DNA of 32,000 nt, from NCBI RefSeq assembly GCF_008000775.2, contig NZ_CP042905.2, positions 3,420,001-3,452,000 on the forward strand, given 5' to 3'. The notes under the pieces were generated by a model, which searched no databases, was not told the DNA's origin, and saw nothing but the letters and a program-made list of their open reading frames with translations. A program made the translations under genes and the position numbers. Of this stretch, positions 29,828 to 32,000 are shown one piece after another; position 1 is the stretch's first letter; the number at the start of each line of letters is the position of its first letter. This stretch comes from Promethearchaeum syntrophicum. Its GTDB lineage: Archaea; Asgardarchaeota; Lokiarchaeia; Sigyniarchaeales; Promethearchaeaceae.

Positions 29828-31057
29828 CTATCCGCCAAATTCTCCTCTCCATTTTTCGAATTTTTCAATTTCTGAATCCGAAACAACAGGCTTTATGTTT
29901 TCTAATACCTTAATAAAATCTTCTCGAGTAATTTTCCGTAAGGTGAAATCATTATTTGAACTTGATAATTGCCCAGAAACATCCAATTCGCGTACTGGTA
30001 ACATTACAACTTCACGACATACAGTGGCAATATCTGAACCAGAATATCCTTCAGAAATTTCCCCTAATTCTTTGAAATCGACCGTTTCATCCATCTCGAC
30101 TTCTTTAGTGCAAAGTTCAAAGATTTTAGTTCGCCCTTCCACAGTAGGAAGACCACAATATATCTTTTTTTCAAACCTCCGAAGAACAGCATTATCAATA
30201 TCCCATGGAAGATTGGTTGCACCCATTAAAGTCACCAATTTGTCACTAGAACTTTTAACTCCTTGCATTTCCTGTAGAAATTGCGTTTTAATTCTTCGTT
30301 CTCCCCCACCTTCATGACCTCCTCCTCTTTTTCCTGCAAGACTGTCAACTTCATCCATAAAAATTAAAGAAGGAGCGTCTAAACGAGCTACTTTGAATAA
30401 TGTTTTTAGTAATTTTTCTGATTCACCTAACCATTTTGAAACTAAACTAGCAGAATCGGCAGCAAAAAATTGTACTCCACATTCATTTGCAGCCGCTTTT
30501 GCTATCAAAGTTTTCCCGCAACCGGGTGGACCAAATAATAGTATACCACGCCAAGGTTTTCGTGCACCTCTGAAAAGTTCGGGATGAGACATTGGTAGAA
30601 CTACCGCCTCTCTAATTGCTTGTTTTGGGTTCTCCATTCCTGCAACGTCACCCCATGTGATAGTTGGACGTTCAGTTATAATGGTTCCTTCAATAGTTTT
30701 TCTTAATTCCTTCTCATCATCAGACATTTCTGCATCTTCTTCAGATTCTCCTGATTCTTCACCAGTTTTATCTTTCCTATTACTTTTATTGGGAACCCGA
30801 CCAGAAGGAACTTTGAGTTTCTTATTTTTAAGTTGAGTTAGCATATCTGCACGTTTAAAGTACTGAAGGGCTTTTTCTTGAGCCAGTTTTTTCAATTTGG
30901 TGTTTTTACAGAATTTAGCAAATTCATTGAGTGTCTCGGTGGCATTTAAATATTTATCAGCCGCTTCATCAAATTGTTTTTGCTTATCAAGTTCAATTGC
31001 TTCATTAGCTAGTTTTATCGCAGCATTAAAGATTTTGTTATCAGAACTCATTTCCAA
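29828..31057 (-). CDS. vps4: Vps4/CdvC-like AAA+ ATPase with N-terminal MIT domain
   Basis: MIT-like N-terminus KIFNAAIKLANEAIELDKQKQFDEAADKYLNATETLNEF; ITWGDVAGMENPKQAIREAVVLP; Walker A GPPGCGKTLIAKA; Walker B LIFMDEVDSL; NLPWDIDNAVLRRFEKKIY; C-terminus PVVSDSEIEKFEKWRGEFGG. Confidence 0.97.
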   Translation of the reverse strand: MEMSSDNKIFNAAIKLANEAIELDKQKQFDEAADKYLNATETLNEFAKFCKNTKLKKLAQEKALQYFKRADMLTQLKNKKLKVPSGRVPNKSNRKDKTGEESGESEEDAEMSDDEKELRKTIEGTIITERPTITWGDVAGMENPKQAIREAVVLPMSHPELFRGARKPWRGILLFGPPGCGKTLIAKAAANECGVQFFAADSASLVSKWLGESEKLLKTLFKVARLDAPSLIFMDEVDSLAGKRGGGHEGGGERRIKTQFLQEMQGVKSSSDKLVTLMGATNLPWDIDNAVLRRFEKKIYCGLPTVEGRTKIFELCTKEVEMDETVDFKELGEISEGYSGSDIATVCREVVMLPVRELDVSGQLSSSNNDFTLRKITREDFIKVLENIKPVVSDSEIEKFEKWRGEFGG

Positions 31058-31393
31058 TAAAGAATAATCTTTACAAACTTTAATATTCTATTTATTTTTT
31101 AATCAATAAAAATCCCAATAAGAATGAATTAAGAATGATAATTTCAAAATTATTAAGTTTAACCTTCATGATCCTTTGCTTTGCATTGAAAAATTCATGA
31201 ATATCTGCATATTTTTAGCCTCGATTTCAGTTTTCTTAATATATTTAAGAGGTCATTGCCAATAAATATGAATCTACTCAATTCCAGTGTACGAACGCCA
31301 GAGAACGAATCAAATATACTTTAAAAAATAAAGTACTAAAAAATGCAAAGCTATTAATAGATTAAAGTTCTTAAAATAATAAAGGTTATAAAA

Positions 31394-32000
31394 ATGGATA
31401 AACATAATTTTACAGCTGAATCAGTTGATTTGAAAAAAATCGAAAAAAACGCATTTTTAATCTATTTTCAAGATGGAATTTGGGATATGTTGCTTGGATG
31501 GGTGCTTATTTCTTTTGGAATAGCGGCATTACTTTATGATATCCTTCCAATACCGCTGAACTCCTTATTCGGTATGATTTTATTCACCTTTGGTCTAATA
31601 ATGTATTTTCTGATAAAATTCCGAATTATAATGCCAAGAATCGGTTATGTTAAATTCTCTCCTAGCCGAAAAAAGAATACGTTAATTTTAGGAGTAGCAA
31701 TAACCTCCTTCCTCATTATAACAGTTGTGTTTTCAATTTTGGTATGGACCGGAGTAATAAGTTCAACTGTAACCCCTGGAACCAATATGGCTTTAGTCTT
31801 TGCACTGATACCGCTTATTATTTTTAGTGTATTGTCTTTTATCCTAAAATTTCCTAGAATGTTTTTAATTGGTGTCTTTTTTGCTTTAGCAATGTTCTTT
31901 ACGGAATATTGGAACCGTTCTGGAGAAGATCTATTAGGGTCTTTAGCTCAATTTTTCGCAGGAATTCCGGTTTTTTTATGGGGAATCGTGTATTTCATCA
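31394..32000 (+). CDS. Multi-TM membrane protein, 5' part only (runs off the right edge)
   Basis: ATG at 31394 opens a frame with no stop to 32000: MDKHNFTAESVDLKKIEKNAFLIYFQDGIWDMLLGWVLISFGIAALLYDILPIPLNSLFGMILFTFGLIMYFLIKF... with several TM helices. Absent from the supplied ORF track because it is truncated. Confidence 0.8.
   Translation, partial: MDKHNFTAESVDLKKIEKNAFLIYFQDGIWDMLLGWVLISFGIAALLYDILPIPLNSLFGMILFTFGLIMYFLIKFRIIMPRIGYVKFSPSRKKNTLILGVAITSFLIITVVFSILVWTGVISSTVTPGTNMALVFALIPLIIFSVLSFILKFPRMFLIGVFFALAMFFTEYWNRSGEDLLGSLAQFFAGIPVFLWGIVYFI

Noticed and set aside
29532-30317. + strand 261-aa ORF
   Set aside because: Antisense to vps4 and the vps25 upstream frame; Ser/Ile/Phe-rich composition typical of a shadow ORF.
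22476-30587. ORFs 22476..22772, 25877..26077, 26489..26782, 26814..27041, 30393..30587
   Set aside because: Antisense shadows of better-supported coding regions.
31270-31310. ORB-like origin motif (ATTCCAGTGTACGAACGCCAGAGAACG)
   Set aside because: Shares only the TTCCAGTG core with archaeal origin boxes, single copy, no Cdc6/Orc1 gene nearby.
1-32000. CRISPR arrays, tRNA or rRNA genes
   Set aside because: No repeat-spacer periodicity, cloverleaf/T-loop (GGTTCRA) context or rRNA signature was seen by eye; a tRNAscan/CRISPR finder run would be decisive.

Overview
AT-rich, gene-dense archaeal window. It is most likely from an Asgard archaeon, inferred from ESCRT components, archaeal-type pheS/pheT, archaeal PPAT and DUF1512. 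Main content: (i) a large LamG-containing surface/membrane protein tightly coupled to a putative longin-like/winged-helix cytosolic protein; (ii) a lone CheY-like receiver; (iii) a VWA protein with an HExxH motif, divergently paired with a MoxR-type AAA+ ATPase across a 49-bp gap, with a perfect 14-bp palindrome at the ATPase start; (iv) acylphosphatase, DUF1512, PPAT, PheS and PheT; (v) an RNase PH of bacterial character; (vi) a P-type ATPase with non-canonical M4/M6 ion-site motifs; (vii) a complete IS element with 19-bp imperfect TIRs and a 6-bp TSD, sitting in what would otherwise be a 30-bp gene spacer; (viii) HEAT-like protein, CTP-dependent polyprenol/diacylglycerol kinase-like protein, RNase III with dsRBD, methyltransferase, NicO/TauE-like membrane protein and APH-family kinase; (ix) an ESCRT block with a Vps22/EAP30-like protein, a Vps25-like protein and Vps4/CdvC with MIT domain. 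The vps25-like reading frame is open about 250 nt upstream of its first in-frame start codon and connects to an ATG only through a UGA codon or a -1 shift. The left edge (1-208) is a GC-elevated non-coding segment with six short hairpins, a candidate structured RNA. All calls are from reading sequence motifs; no database search was run.
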